DNA of 64,000 nucleotides from Octopus vulgaris (Eukaryota): NCBI GenBank assembly GCA_951406725.2, contig OX597831.1, positions 15,748,001 to 15,812,000 of the forward strand, read 5' to 3'. Shown piece by piece: positions 45,275 to 64,000 of this stretch (position 1 is its first letter; each line of letters starts with the position of its first letter). The notes under the pieces were generated by a model. It saw only the letters and a program-made list of their open reading frames with translations, ran no database searches and was not told where the DNA came from. The position numbers and the translations under genes were made by a program.

Positions 45275-48200
45275 ATATAATTAGTGAATGGAAGAAATGG
45301 AGTTGAACGAAGATTGTACAGAATTCCTTTTACTGCATTCTCCACATGTTTCAAAGGCCACAATTTTCCAAATTCTGATTAAATAAGGATACCATATTGC
45401 AGCTTTCTCTTCAGGAAAAACCAGGAATTACGTTGTCAGAACAAAACAAAACAGAGGCGCAGCAGACGAGGACGCTCCTTAAGAGCCCATGGGTAAAATG
45501 TTTATCAATGTACGTTGAAATCGGGGGGTTGGTGGGGGCCGACAAAGGGTCCGTTGGAATAAATCCAGGTCAGGCCGCGGTCAAATCTAGTAGGTGAGGA
45601 ATTAATGAGAACAAGGGGTGTGGAGATGTTCTGTGTGACCAAAACTAATGTTCTGAAAATTTTAAGAATACAGGGTGTATTTTTTAGGGGCGAGACAATA
45701 CCTACCTAAAAGCATGTATGTGTATACTAACCTATGTGTGCGCCGCCGTTTGTTGGCGAGGGGCGCTAGATAATGAGCACTGCTGAAAAAAGAAGAATTA
45801 TAGAACAACTAATTGGAACACACTGAGAAAAGTAAACTTGGAGATTAAGGAAATAATGTTTAAATAAGGAATTCAAATGAGAACGCAGCCGCTTAGCCCT
45901 AAACAACCTAGATTCATAGTGAAGGACCACAAACCGAATTTCTACACCAACCCAGCGTTAAGACTCATATGCCCTGCTAGTTCCGATATCGGGACCATCA
46001 GTAAGTATATTTTAGATAAATATATCCCTAGTTTAGTTAATAAGCTGAAGCTTAGCCTCTGGGCTAACTCCTCGCAGGTCATGAAGTGGTTCTCTTCCAT
46101 CCCTAATAAGAACTGTACTAGGTTTATTCAGTTTGATATTGCTAGCTTCTATCCCTCGATTAACCCTAGTGTACTAAATAAGGCCCTGTGGCATGCTCAC
46201 AACAAGGCAGGCCTCACTAGAGAAGAAATTGATATTATTTTAGTTGCCAGAAAATCATTTATAAAGTTTCAAAATAAGTTGTGGATTCGTAAAGATACTC
46301 CCAACGAATTCGATGTGCCTATGGGTAGTTCGGATAGCGCGCAGATAGCCGATTTGGTCGGAATCTATATTCTCTACGAATTATCCGACCAATTCCCGGA
46401 CATCGCGGGCGGCCTGTATCGTGACGATTGTCTGTTTTACCTGCAAAACACCACGAACATAATCGTACAGAAAACTAAAAATAGGTTAGCTATGTTCTTT
46501 AATAGAATGGGCAAGAATATAGTTTTTGATAATGAACTCACTAAGGCTAATTTCCTAGACGTCACACTAAACCTCCATAGTGATTCATACTGCCCTTACC
46601 ATAAGCCTTCCACTATTTTAAAGTATGTCAGTGTCTTCTCCAATCATGCCAAAACTGTAACAGACAATTTGGTTAAAAACATCTCTCTAAGATTGTCTAA
46701 TTTGTCCGCTAGTGTCGACATTTTTATGCAGAAAGCGGAATTTTATAACGCCGCACTATCCAAAGCCGGTTATAGGCAGAAGGTAGTATATATTGATCCA
46801 GCCCTTCAGATGCCACCATTCGGTCATCAGGATAGGGCCGTCTATAATAACATAAATAATTTAAGTAGTGATGGGAGCGGGAGGAGTATTGGAGCAGGTA
46901 CTTCTGGATTTAATTTAGGGAACATAGATAATTTACGGTCCGGGGAGGTCATACTAAACCAAAACCTTTTATTCAACCTAGAATCACCCACCCTAATGTC
47001 AGAGCTGGCTCCCCGACCCATCACAAAAATAGGAATAAACATATCTGGTTTGTAATTCCCTTTGGTAAGCAGATTAGAACTAATCTTCCCCTCCTGTTTC
47101 GCCAAGCCATTGCCAGTAACTTTCCCAGAAATTCCAAATATTACTCCACGGTTAATTCACATAAAGTTAGGATAGCTTTCTCCAACACAAAAAACCTTTC
47201 CCAGATAATCGCCTCCCATAATAATAGGCTGCTTATTAAGACCCTATCACCATTGTCCGGAGGCGCAGCTCCGTCTAATTCCAGTTTAACGCGCAGTAGG
47301 AATAATAATAGTAGTAATAATGATAAAAGAGCCAGTACAGTGACTGGTAATCTCAGTACCAACCAGGGAGTAAATAATAGGATTAACGATAGAAGAAATG
47401 GTGATGTTAATAACGTTAGTAATGGTAATAGGGAGGAGAGCGCAGTTCGGGTCATTAATGTAGAAAGTCCTAATAGCAACTTTAGCAACGTTTCCGACAA
47501 TAGTAGGTCCACGGATACTAGCAATCACAGCGGTCTCAGTCATAGGGAATACACAGGGAATAGTCCGTAAATTAGTATTGATAATGAGGAGTATAATGTA
47601 GTAGGCGGCCGCAGTTCTCACAGTCAATATAGTAACAGAAACGCAGTATTAATATCAGAAGCTAATCCCAATAGAATAAGGTTCTTGTCTAGTAACTCCA
47701 AGATCAGAAATGCCATTTACCAATGCAATGTTTACACGGATTCGGATGTCTACTCGTATGTCGGGGCCTCATCGTCAAAATTGGCCTTGAGAATATCGAA
47801 CCATTTCGCAACTTTTCGCGACGTTAATAAATACCAAGCTACAGGACTTAGCAAACTTATCTGGCGTTTGAAGAACGCGAATTCAGTTTTTAGGCTGGAA
47901 TGGTCGATTTTGTTGGTGGCCCTCCCGTTTGATAGGGGCAGAAGCATGTGTAATCTTTGTAACTCTGAGCTTTTCCACATATTGTTCGCCAGAGGCCGTT
48001 TGGTAAACGGGCTTTTACAGACGGCTTTTCGATGTCCCCATTGGCGGCGTCATACTTATCTTACATATAAATGATACCTAAGACAATTAACACCTTGTTA
48101 CCCTATTAAAATGAAAATAATTTTTGGAAATAATTTTTGGAAAAAAACTTTTTAAAAAACCTCTGAATAACTCTTGCAAGGGGAAATTACTCCCCTTAGG

Positions 48201-48855
48201 CGATTGGTCGGTTTTTTAGAAGCAAACGCTGGAATTATATACCCTCTTGATTCTTTGACGATGATAATTTTAGACAAGCAAGCCACAGACGGACACACGA
48301 ACACAGAATTATTTCAGCCGCCTGACAGGCTTTTTTCAGCAGTGCTCATTATCTAGCGCCCCTCGCCAACAAACGGCGGCGCACACATAGGCTAGTATAC
48401 ACATACATGCTTTTAGGTAGGTATTGTCTCGCCCCTTAAAAATACACCCTGTATTCTTAAAATTTTCAGAACATTAGTTTTGGTCACACAGAACATCTCC
48501 ACACCCCTTATTTTCATTAATTCCTCACCTACTAGATTTGACCGCGGCCTGACTTGGATTTATTCCAACGGACCCTTTGTCGGCCCCCACCAACCCCCCC
48601 GATTTCAACGTACATTGATAAACATCTTACCCATGGGCTCTTAAGCAGCGTCTTCGTTCGAATTGCTTTGCTGCGCCTCTGTTTTGTTTTGTTCTGACAA
48701 CGTAATTCCTGGTTTTTCCTGAAGAGAAAGCTGCGATATGGTATCCTTATTTAATCAGAATTTGGAAAATTGTGGCCTTTGAAACATGTGTAGAATGTAA
48801 TAAAAGGAATTCTGTACAATCTTCGTTCAACTCCATTTCTTCCATTCACTAATTA

Positions 48856-48858
<3 letters not shown>
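45275..48858 (+). mobile_element. Penelope-like (Naiad-type) element with about 520-bp inverted terminal repeats
   Basis: RT 45877-47055 (FDIASFYPSI, FDVPMGS, GLYRDD); GIY-YIG 47685-48074 (AIY..YVG, CNLC); 45275-45792 is the reverse complement of 48330-48858. Confidence 0.9.
48714..48796 (+). ncRNA. Hammerhead-like ribozyme in PLE terminal repeat
   Basis: ttc-CTGAAGA-stem II-GAAAC-atgt-GTA-gaa. Confidence 0.5.
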
Positions 48859-48927
<69 letters not shown>

Positions 48928-49045
48928 AATAAAAAATGGAGTCAACGCAGGTTTAAACAAGTATTTTTTCTTTCTACATATTGCTGCCCTGGTAACTATT
49001 CATTCAATTATCCGTGTTAATTGTTAACAAGGTAAAATACACTCA

Positions 49046-49133
<88 letters not shown>

Positions 49134-49134
49134 A

Positions 49135-49447
49135 TATATAAAACATTATGTTATATAATTAGGGTTCAGTAAAAAAATTTACGTTACCACACACCGAACA
49201 TTTAGAAATAGCAGCCAAAAATTTTAGCTATTTCTCCTACTATAAGAAAAGTCTCTCAGACAATGTATGTTCAAAAAAATACTTCTATACCTACGTGAAT
49301 TATTTTTTTTAGTATACATTGTCTGGGAGACTTTTCTTATAGTAGGAGAAATAGCTAAATTTTTGGCTGCTATTTCTAAATGTTCGGTGTGTGGTAACGT
49401 AAATGTTTTTACTGAACCCTAATTATATAACGTAATGTTTTATATAT
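49135..49447. repeat. Foldback inverted repeat, about 130-bp arms
   Basis: 49135-49268 is a near-perfect reverse complement of 49314-49447. Confidence 0.85.
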
Positions 49448-49529
49448 AACGTAAATGGTCTTTTTACATACTGAACAATACTTGGTTAAATAATTAATTA
49501 ATAATTAATTAATTTTACCCTATTATTAT

Positions 49530-49585
<56 letters not shown>

Positions 49586-50108
49586 TATACATATATATAT
49601 ACACACATACTGGATTTTTCTTAGTTTACACTCACAGACATCTTTCGAATCGGGACCATAATTTCCATGCAGTAGGACTGTAATTGCAACCGTGTTGTTC
49701 AAATGCATATTGTCCCTACGCAATAACATCCGCATATGTTTAACACATTTCGTATTGCCATCATTTCATACCTTTCGAGTCTGTCACTAAAAGCCTTCCA
49801 TGAAATTTTCTTCAGTTTTTCCCACTTTGGTTACATGGTAATTTGCGCCATAAGCGATTCTAGCAGTATTAATGTGTTGGGCAACATAGTCGTACAGATA
49901 GGAGATTGTGGCATTATATCATGCACACTGAAAATATATTCGTAGAATGTTACATAAATAACATCGATTTTTCGAGCTTCATATAGAAGTAAAATTTTAT
50001 GTCAGAGGAAAATATTTGTGAAAGACGTCAACATCATAAATCGGTCAACCTCCAGATATTCTTGATTTTAATGCTTTTCACACAAACCTAGGATCTAACA
50101 AGTTCACT

Positions 50109-56488
<6,380 letters not shown>

Positions 56489-56728
56489 CTAAAAGATTTA
56501 TTTAATTATTGATAATTAGTGTTACATATACTGGGTGTATAATCATTATGTTTAAAAAAGAAAGCAAAAACAAAACAAAAATACGAAAGAGTTAATATAG
56601 AGCTAAATTAATATCCCCATGCACTTAGTAGGCAATTATGATATGTGTTTCATGGTGGGGGACAAATACAAACCCAAAATTATGCACACACCCACATATA
56701 TAGTGACGACAAGCTTTGTATACACTCA

Positions 56729-56806
<78 letters not shown>

Positions 56807-58299
56807 AGTCACCCTGTATGTGCATACATGTAAACATACATACATAAACACATGTTCTTACATAAGCATACACACACACATTTATAATTGAAAGAGAGTT
56901 AGAGGTTGTGAATCCAACAAACAAAGGGATAGTATCTATCCAATATACTGCTGGTAAAATACCCAATTATTTATATACAAGTGTCGGTTATTGCGTGGCA
57001 ATTACATCAGTGAGAGTAACAAATTGACGAGGGTAAAAAATGGTTTTGCCCTTAATTTATACGACAGGACGAAAAAGGAGGCTATTCAAAAAGAGCATGC
57101 GTCAACTGTTGGACACTATTTTATGTGTATTTATTTATTTTAAACAATTATGAGAAGATATATACATCTATAAAGATTATGATTTACATATATATAAGTA
57201 GCAATAATTTCTAGAATAGAGAAAGAAGAACAGTTTCTTACAGCTGTTGCTGCCGAGAGGTCGCATTACTCCACATGTTACTTACATCTTTTCATGGTAC
57301 TGTAGTGATCGGTAAATAAAAGTAGGGTACTTGGGTGTGCTCTAGGTTTCATCGTTATCTAAAGCCTTTTAATTCGACCTCATGAGACTTAACATTTCTC
57401 AGGTTTCTAACAGATTCGACTATCAATGATAGCCCCTGGGAAATGGGTTCCTTAGGTTAAGGCGATTCCAGTCCTGGTGGTAGGAGCGATTCTGCATTTC
57501 AGCAACACCAAAATGTCTTTGGAAGTAGGACTGCCCAGGAGGCTGATTTCGCCTTGGCGTCCGGCGGGCTTTTCAAAAGACTTGGAATCGGAGTGGAGTA
57601 ACACTGGTGAGTACAACTGCGTCTCTTATACACCATATATATATGAGCATGTGATTGTGTGACTGTGTTATTAGATTCATGGGTGCTTATATATGCAAGT
57701 TTTTGTTTGATCATAGAAATATGAGTGCCTTTGTTTTATACACAGGCGTCCTTGAACGTGTTTAGCGTGCATGTATGGACATGTGTGCTGAAGTCTGTAC
57801 GTTCTTGAATTTGTGCACAAACATCTGAGTGCATCTTTGTCTCCAGAAGCATATGCCTGCGTGTGTTTTGTCTTGTGTGATCATATATGTACACATAGAC
57901 ACACACACACACACACACATGTTTATATGGTTTCGGCAGATGAATGTTTAGTGTACATTTTATTCTTAATATTCATGAATGTAAATTGTACATTAGGGGT
58001 CATATCGACCAAAATTATTAATTACATTTATTGATGTAATCGCCTTTGGCAATCATAATTTCTTTCTTCATTTTTGAATATATACAAAGATATAATTAAA
58101 CGCATGAGATGAACTGGATTTGAAACTGGGGAGTAATATTTGAATTCTAGTCAATTATTGTGATAAAAAATTAGGAATTTTAGAATACACCTTGCTGATA
58201 CAACCATGATTTCAACTTTTTTTTATTTTTAGATTCTTTTTATTCCGTGCACACCATATATAAGTGTTTCTTATTTTGTTATTGTAATAATGATGGGGG

Positions 58300-59890
58300 T
58301 TTCGCCGAACATTTGGTGAGATAAAGTTTTATTATTGGTTAAAATTACTGTTCTTTGAATTGTTGGTTGTTTTGTGCTGCGTTGCAGTGGGTTTCTGGTT
58401 GTGCTTTCTCTCTGTCTTTAAGGAGAGAGCCATGGAAATGGGAAAAAAGTATGTTTTATTCAGGCTTTAGTGGTTCCGAATTGTCCTCTTCGGAGGAGGA
58501 TCTATTACTAGCAGTCGAGAGGGTGGGCAATTTCCTAAAGAAGAAAAAGGAGGTAGGACTATGAAATATTGAAAAATATGGAAAAACGGCATATAGAGTA
58601 GGCGATGACGTCAAGCTATCAGCACACTAGAAGATAATGGAAGAAAAAGACAAGAAGACCGTAGTATAAAAGTTGTATTCAGTGAAAGAAAAGAAAATAG
58701 AACGTGTGGAAACTGAAACTATAGAAAAGGCATTGTGCTTAGTCTGGCAAGACATAACATATCTGGCTAGAGGAAATAAATTCGGTACTATTATAGTCCA
58801 TTTAAAGACGGAAGAGAAAGCAAAAGGAACAAGCCATAATCACAGTAAAATTTGGGAAGGCAGACGTCCAGGTTTAGGGTGGAAGGAATCGCACCGAACA
58901 TAGATGTGTCTTGGGTCACGGCGGCTGTTCTTTGGGGAGGTAAGGAAAAATGGCCGTCCTCCAAGCCTCAAAAACAGATAACTCGATTTGGATAGGCCAA
59001 AATATGGATTTCATTATACAAGCTAAAGTGGAAACACTGGAAAATTTGGTGGAAAAGGTATCAGTCAGAGATCTAGTGTGGAGAGTGTGGGTGGAGGTAA
59101 GAACTCCTCGTTGTTTTAAATGTGGGCCAAAAGGCCACATTAGAGCATGCTGCCATCTACAGAAGCAGAGAAATCAGGAGAAGGAACAAAAGAAAGAAAA
59201 GAAAAATGAAGAAGAGTGGACAGTAGCCAATGGAGGAAAAATGAAGAGGAAGAAGGGAGAGTGTGTAGTAGAACAGCAGACCATAGCCACGCCACCCATA
59301 CCATCTCCGAACCCCCACCAAACACCAAACCCACCCATTCTCCTCCGACACAAAGTAAAAGGATAAAAGGAAAACCGACATATAAGGATATACAAAACTC
59401 CCCACCCATTGGTAATTGTTACGAATGTATGAATACGGAAGAGGTAGATAATGAATTACTTAACAAGATAACAGAATGGAAAAGGGCTAAATGTGTGAAT
59501 GTTGGAAGTCGGACAAATATAGTCGGATGGCAGGCGTGTCTGCTGGGCAGAGAAAGCCAAAAGGAAGAAATATCGAAATTCAAGAAAGGATACAAGTGTT
59601 GGAGGGTGATTGCGGATTTAAAAACGACAGCAGACAATGTGAGATATGGATAGATAATAGAGAAATACAGTGTAGACATTTTGAAAGACTCGCAATTCAA
59701 AAGATAAAAGGTAGTGATGCTGCTTGAGGTGGGGCAAATGGCACATATTCCTTACCATTTTCATTGTCTCATCCGTATTAACATACGTTTAAATTTATTT
59801 TCATTTTATTTATCGTTACGTGTTGTGTCCCCAATTTTGTTTGTATTGTCCCCTCTATTTTGACTCCCTGCAGGAAATAAAGAAGCAAAT
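58300..59890 (+). mobile_element. Degenerate ORF1-only zinc-knuckle element related to 17122-19336
   Basis: TYLARGNKFGTI resembles KFISRGVKYATV; PRCFKCGPKGHIRACC knuckle; no RT follows. Confidence 0.65.
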
Positions 59891-60404
59891 AATAATGACG
59901 GGTTACCAGAAAAGGGAACTTCACTGATGATGATATATATTTTTGACCGGAGAAATTGGCCGCAGCCGATTTGAGGTTTTAATGTGTAATGGATTGCGGC
60001 ATTGACTCTTGAAAGTGCTGGAGACGTCGATTTATGCTTACACTTTTTTGGGACTTGCCAATGGATGTTATTCTGGATTCATATTACATTTAATAGTCCA
60101 ACTATAAATTTCATCGCCTCGCTATATACATTCATATTGTCTTCATATATGCATATCTTCTTCATACAAATTTCTTCATACAAACAGGTTTCACACGATT
60201 TTTTTGTATGTGAAAATATATGGATGATTGGTTCTAGTTTCAGCTCACGAGCTGTGGCCATGCTGGGGCACCGCCATTATATATCTTTATATCTTCGTGA
60301 TTTGGGTGCAGTATCTGAACTTGTATTTATATTCTACAGCGTGACGATATGGGTTAGATTTGAAGTTGTTTCACCAATTATGTTTATTAAGTTTAACAAA
60401 AAGT

Positions 60405-60469
<65 letters not shown>

Positions 60470-60516
60470 CATATATATATATATATATATAAATATATAC
60501 ATAAATATGCATATAC

Positions 60517-63368
60517 TTTATTTAAAGCAGCAGAAAATTCAACAAAACCTGTTACTCTGAGTTTCCCGTCGCCGTTCATCGGACAGTTTTTGCTAGAATT
60601 GAACCGATATGTCAATTCTATCCAGACTAGTATAAACGCTGCACCTTTGAAAATATATATTTATATATATATATATATAAATTATAAAAATTATAAAATT
60701 CGAGGAAAAACCTTACATTGAATAAAATACATATTGTCATTAATGAAGGAAATATAATTAATACATGGAAATTGAAATTAAAATGTTAAAATGCATTAAA
60801 ATATTACACGGCAGTCATTATTCATATTAAACTATACATATATACATCAACATACACAGATAGATGCGTGCAAACCACATACATATACAGACGTATAAAT
60901 ATAAAGCTAAAATATACACACAAATGCATGTTTACATATGCATACGCAATCTAGTTCGCACGCAAGCTAAAATCATGGATGGAGAAGTGGCGTTCTTATT
61001 TACGATGCAAAGTTGAAGACATGAGTAAGGGAGGGGGGGACGTAAAGTTACATGACTCGATACAAGTATCGGATAGGTAGAGAAAAAACGAAAGAAAGGA
61101 AGAGAGAGAAAAAGAAAAAGGGAGAAGGAAAAAAAGAAGAAAAAAAGAAAAATAGGAGGGGGGAAACGAAAGGAGAAAAAATATGTATACAAACTGTGTA
61201 ACCACGTATACTGACACATATATATAGAGACAAGTATGCAAACACACAAGTTCAAGTGGATACATACACATACAATCGTGTATGTGTGTGCTTAAGTACA
61301 AACATACGCTCACTTAGACATATACAGAGACGTATCCTTACAAATACATATTCGTGGCCATACACATATTTACATCAAAATGCCTAGTTTTTGTCAACCT
61401 TACTTATTAAAAAATGGTGAGTGTAATAATAAAAATTATACGAAAGACATGTAAAATATAACACCCCATTTCGGATCATCTATAAATTAAAAATCAAAGT
61501 AACCAATATAATATAATATACATGAAATAAACTAAGCCGAAGGTTTTTCCTAAGGAATATGTAGAAATATAAACAAAATAAACAAAATATATGCACGAGA
61601 CTTTGCTATACGGAATGAAATCTGCATAGCGCGAAACAAATACATACTAACCCAAGAATCAAAAATCAAAATTTCAAAAATCAAAAATACAAAAAGACAA
61701 AATATACTCTATCCATATGGTATATTTATGTTTGACATTTTAAATTCGGTTGCGTGCCTGCATAAGTTCATCAGCTCACTTCTTTGATTCAAAGAATTAT
61801 TGTCTTTGAATAAAATATAAAGTTACTGTGACAGGCAAAGATTGCATTTAAAATTATTCTTGTGTGCTCCATGTCTGTATGGTACCGCTCTGTCCAGAAT
61901 GCTCCATGTCACGTTGAGAGGTGGAGTTTCATTTTCTTTTAATTCCCAGGCATATTTTGCTAGGCTGGTCCTCTTTCTATTTTCTGGGTATCTAAATGAA
62001 TTTCTATGCGAATAAAATCGCGTTTTAAATGCATTTTCTGAAGCACCTGTATATGTCTTGTATTCCGATGAGCCTTCTATTTGTATCTTGGCTCTATAAA
62101 CTACCCTTTAACTAGACATTTCCCTTCCAACGGACAGGAGGATTCATTTTTGAAATTGCATTTCTTAATGGGCTCGGCACCATGCTTAATATCAATCAGA
62201 TTCCTATTATGCTGGCTAATGTAAGAGGCAAAATTTCTGCAACAAGAATAGCTAACCTTCAGAGTTCTTCTATTAAATATCCTATAGAATTTATGGTCCT
62301 GCTTAAAATGCCTAGAGACTAATTTCAAAAATGCCTTACCTATATTAGTCTTTACGGCCAAATTGAAAGCCGAGTTGAACCACAAAACTTTCCTGGTCCT
62401 AGTTCTTCGCGCAGCATTATTATCAGCATTAAGCTGGTTCTACTGGATCTTCTCAGAGAATCCACTATTCCTTAATGCACTATCGTAATAAGGTGCAGCA
62501 TTATGGAATGCTGCCTCGTCCGAAGAAATTGAAGATATTCTTCTACCTACATTGCTGACTAAGTTCCTAAGGATAACTGGCAGATGGTTCGAATATTTAC
62601 TAATAGTAATAATAAGGTTTAAACCTATCCGACCTTACATTAAAATTTACATCTAAAAAAAATCAACACTTTTCAGGTTAGTATCTATTGTAACCCGTAA
62701 GCCCATCCTTTGAAAGAAAGCAATAAGGTCCTTCCTAAGTGTATCTGATTCATGGCCGTTTAAATTATGGGTGGCTATAAGGCCGTCATCTCTATATAAA
62801 GCTGCTTCTATAAATGGGAATTCTATATTTAAATTATAAAGAATCAAGGCTCCTATGAGCATACATAACTCATCCCCATCGTATGCCCCATCGGTACATC
62901 GAAAAGAGAATCCTCACTCTTCTTAATCCAGGTTGAATCCTCGAAAAAAAGAAGTGATTTCCTCGCATGCATGATAATATCAATTTCCGAGCTATCGATG
63001 CCGACATACTGCTTGGCGAATTCCAATGCCCTTAGGAGTACCGTCCTAGATATTGACGGGTAGGAAGCAAGGGGAATAGCTAACAATCTTAAGATTAGTG
63101 ATAGGATTGAATATATTTCCCAACGACCAGCTTTTATTACACAAAAATACCATAAAGCCAATTTTAATAGAAACCCCAAATGCAGATTGATAAATCCGGC
63201 TAAAACTGAGCAAATTATTAGCAAATATATTTTGGACCGTATTTTATCTAAGTTAGATAGTGAAGTAGACTTGAGAATTTGGAGGAATAGTAAGTCAGTC
63301 ATAGAGTGGTTTAAAGGTATTAGCTATAAGAATAATTGCAGTTTTACGGAATTCGATGTTATCGACTT

Positions 63369-63409
<41 letters not shown>

Positions 63410-63613
63410 AGCTATATTTTTGTTTATCGCTCGAAAATTGACCGTTATTTGTAAAGGGCCAATCAAACAAGTCTATTTTCAAAGGTGCAGCGTTTATACT
63501 AGTCTGGATAAAATTGACATATCGGTTCAATTCTAGCAAAAACTGTCCGATGAACGGCAACGGGAAACTCAGAGTAACAGGTTTTGTTGAATTTTCTGCT
63601 GCTTTAAATAAAG
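60517..63613 (-). mobile_element. Penelope-like (Naiad-type) element, rearranged, with about 140-bp inverted termini
   Basis: Minus-strand RT (FDVPMG, LYRDD), CPLEGKC linker, GIY-YIG with CNLC...CRH at 61720-62100; 60517-60655 is inverted relative to 63474-63613. Confidence 0.88.
63543..63580 (+). ncRNA. Minimal type-I hammerhead-like ribozyme in PLE terminal repeat (inverted copy 60549-60586)
   Basis: ctgt-CCGATGA-acg gcaa cgg-GAAAC-tcaga-GTA-acag; stem I ctgt/acag. Confidence 0.55.
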
Positions 63614-63677
63614 CACTGGTATTTGAGTACTCATTTTTCCACCTTGTTTCACATTTATGTGTTTACATCGGTATATA

Positions 63678-63738
<61 letters not shown>

Positions 63739-64000
63739 AAACAATTGCAGCGTGGAAGGTGTTTGTAAGCCATTTAAGAAACACACAAATGCCGTTCGAT
63801 TCACTTCAACATTTAAGTTTAATTTGTCAAAATATTTTCGTCGTTTTAAGACCGCGACCTGTTCACTAACAAAAATCCGTGCTCCATCTGAGAAAGTAAC
63901 AGTTAGTTCGGTATATATATTTACATATGTATGTGTGTATGTATGTATGCACGCATGTATGCATGTATGTATGTATGTACGTACGTACGCATGTGTTTAT

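Noticed and set aside
49772-49927. Exon-like segment (tttcag...AAG|gtatga) downstream of gene C
   Set aside because: Stops in all three frames and no paralogous copy in the window; at most a UTR exon.

Overview
Eukaryotic, AT-rich, microsatellite-dense DNA. The repeat landscape (Dong/R4 LINEs in (TAA)n, Penelope-like elements in (TA)n, tRNA-derived SINEs) resembles an octopus/cephalopod genome; this is inference. Most of the window is transposon debris: about 14 Dong/R4-type LINE fragments, three Penelope-like elements (two Naiad-type with inverted terminal repeats and hammerhead-like cores), an old L1/Tx1 remnant, two ORF1-only zinc-knuckle elements, a Helitron-like insert, a Tc1 remnant and SINEs. 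Among them, and not assembled by the ORF track, is a tandem cluster of three minus-strand paralogous genes (A, B, C). Each is built from short coding exons (37/100/24/45/30/34-43 nt, canonical GT-AG, phases 1-2-2-2-2) and encodes a small, secreted, cationic protein with 8 cysteines. I do not recognise the family. Exon 2 has diverged much faster than the introns, almost entirely by amino-acid changes, as in toxin or defence peptide families. Gene C is intact in the visible part. A and B each carry a lesion inside a symmetric micro-exon that could be skipped in frame.
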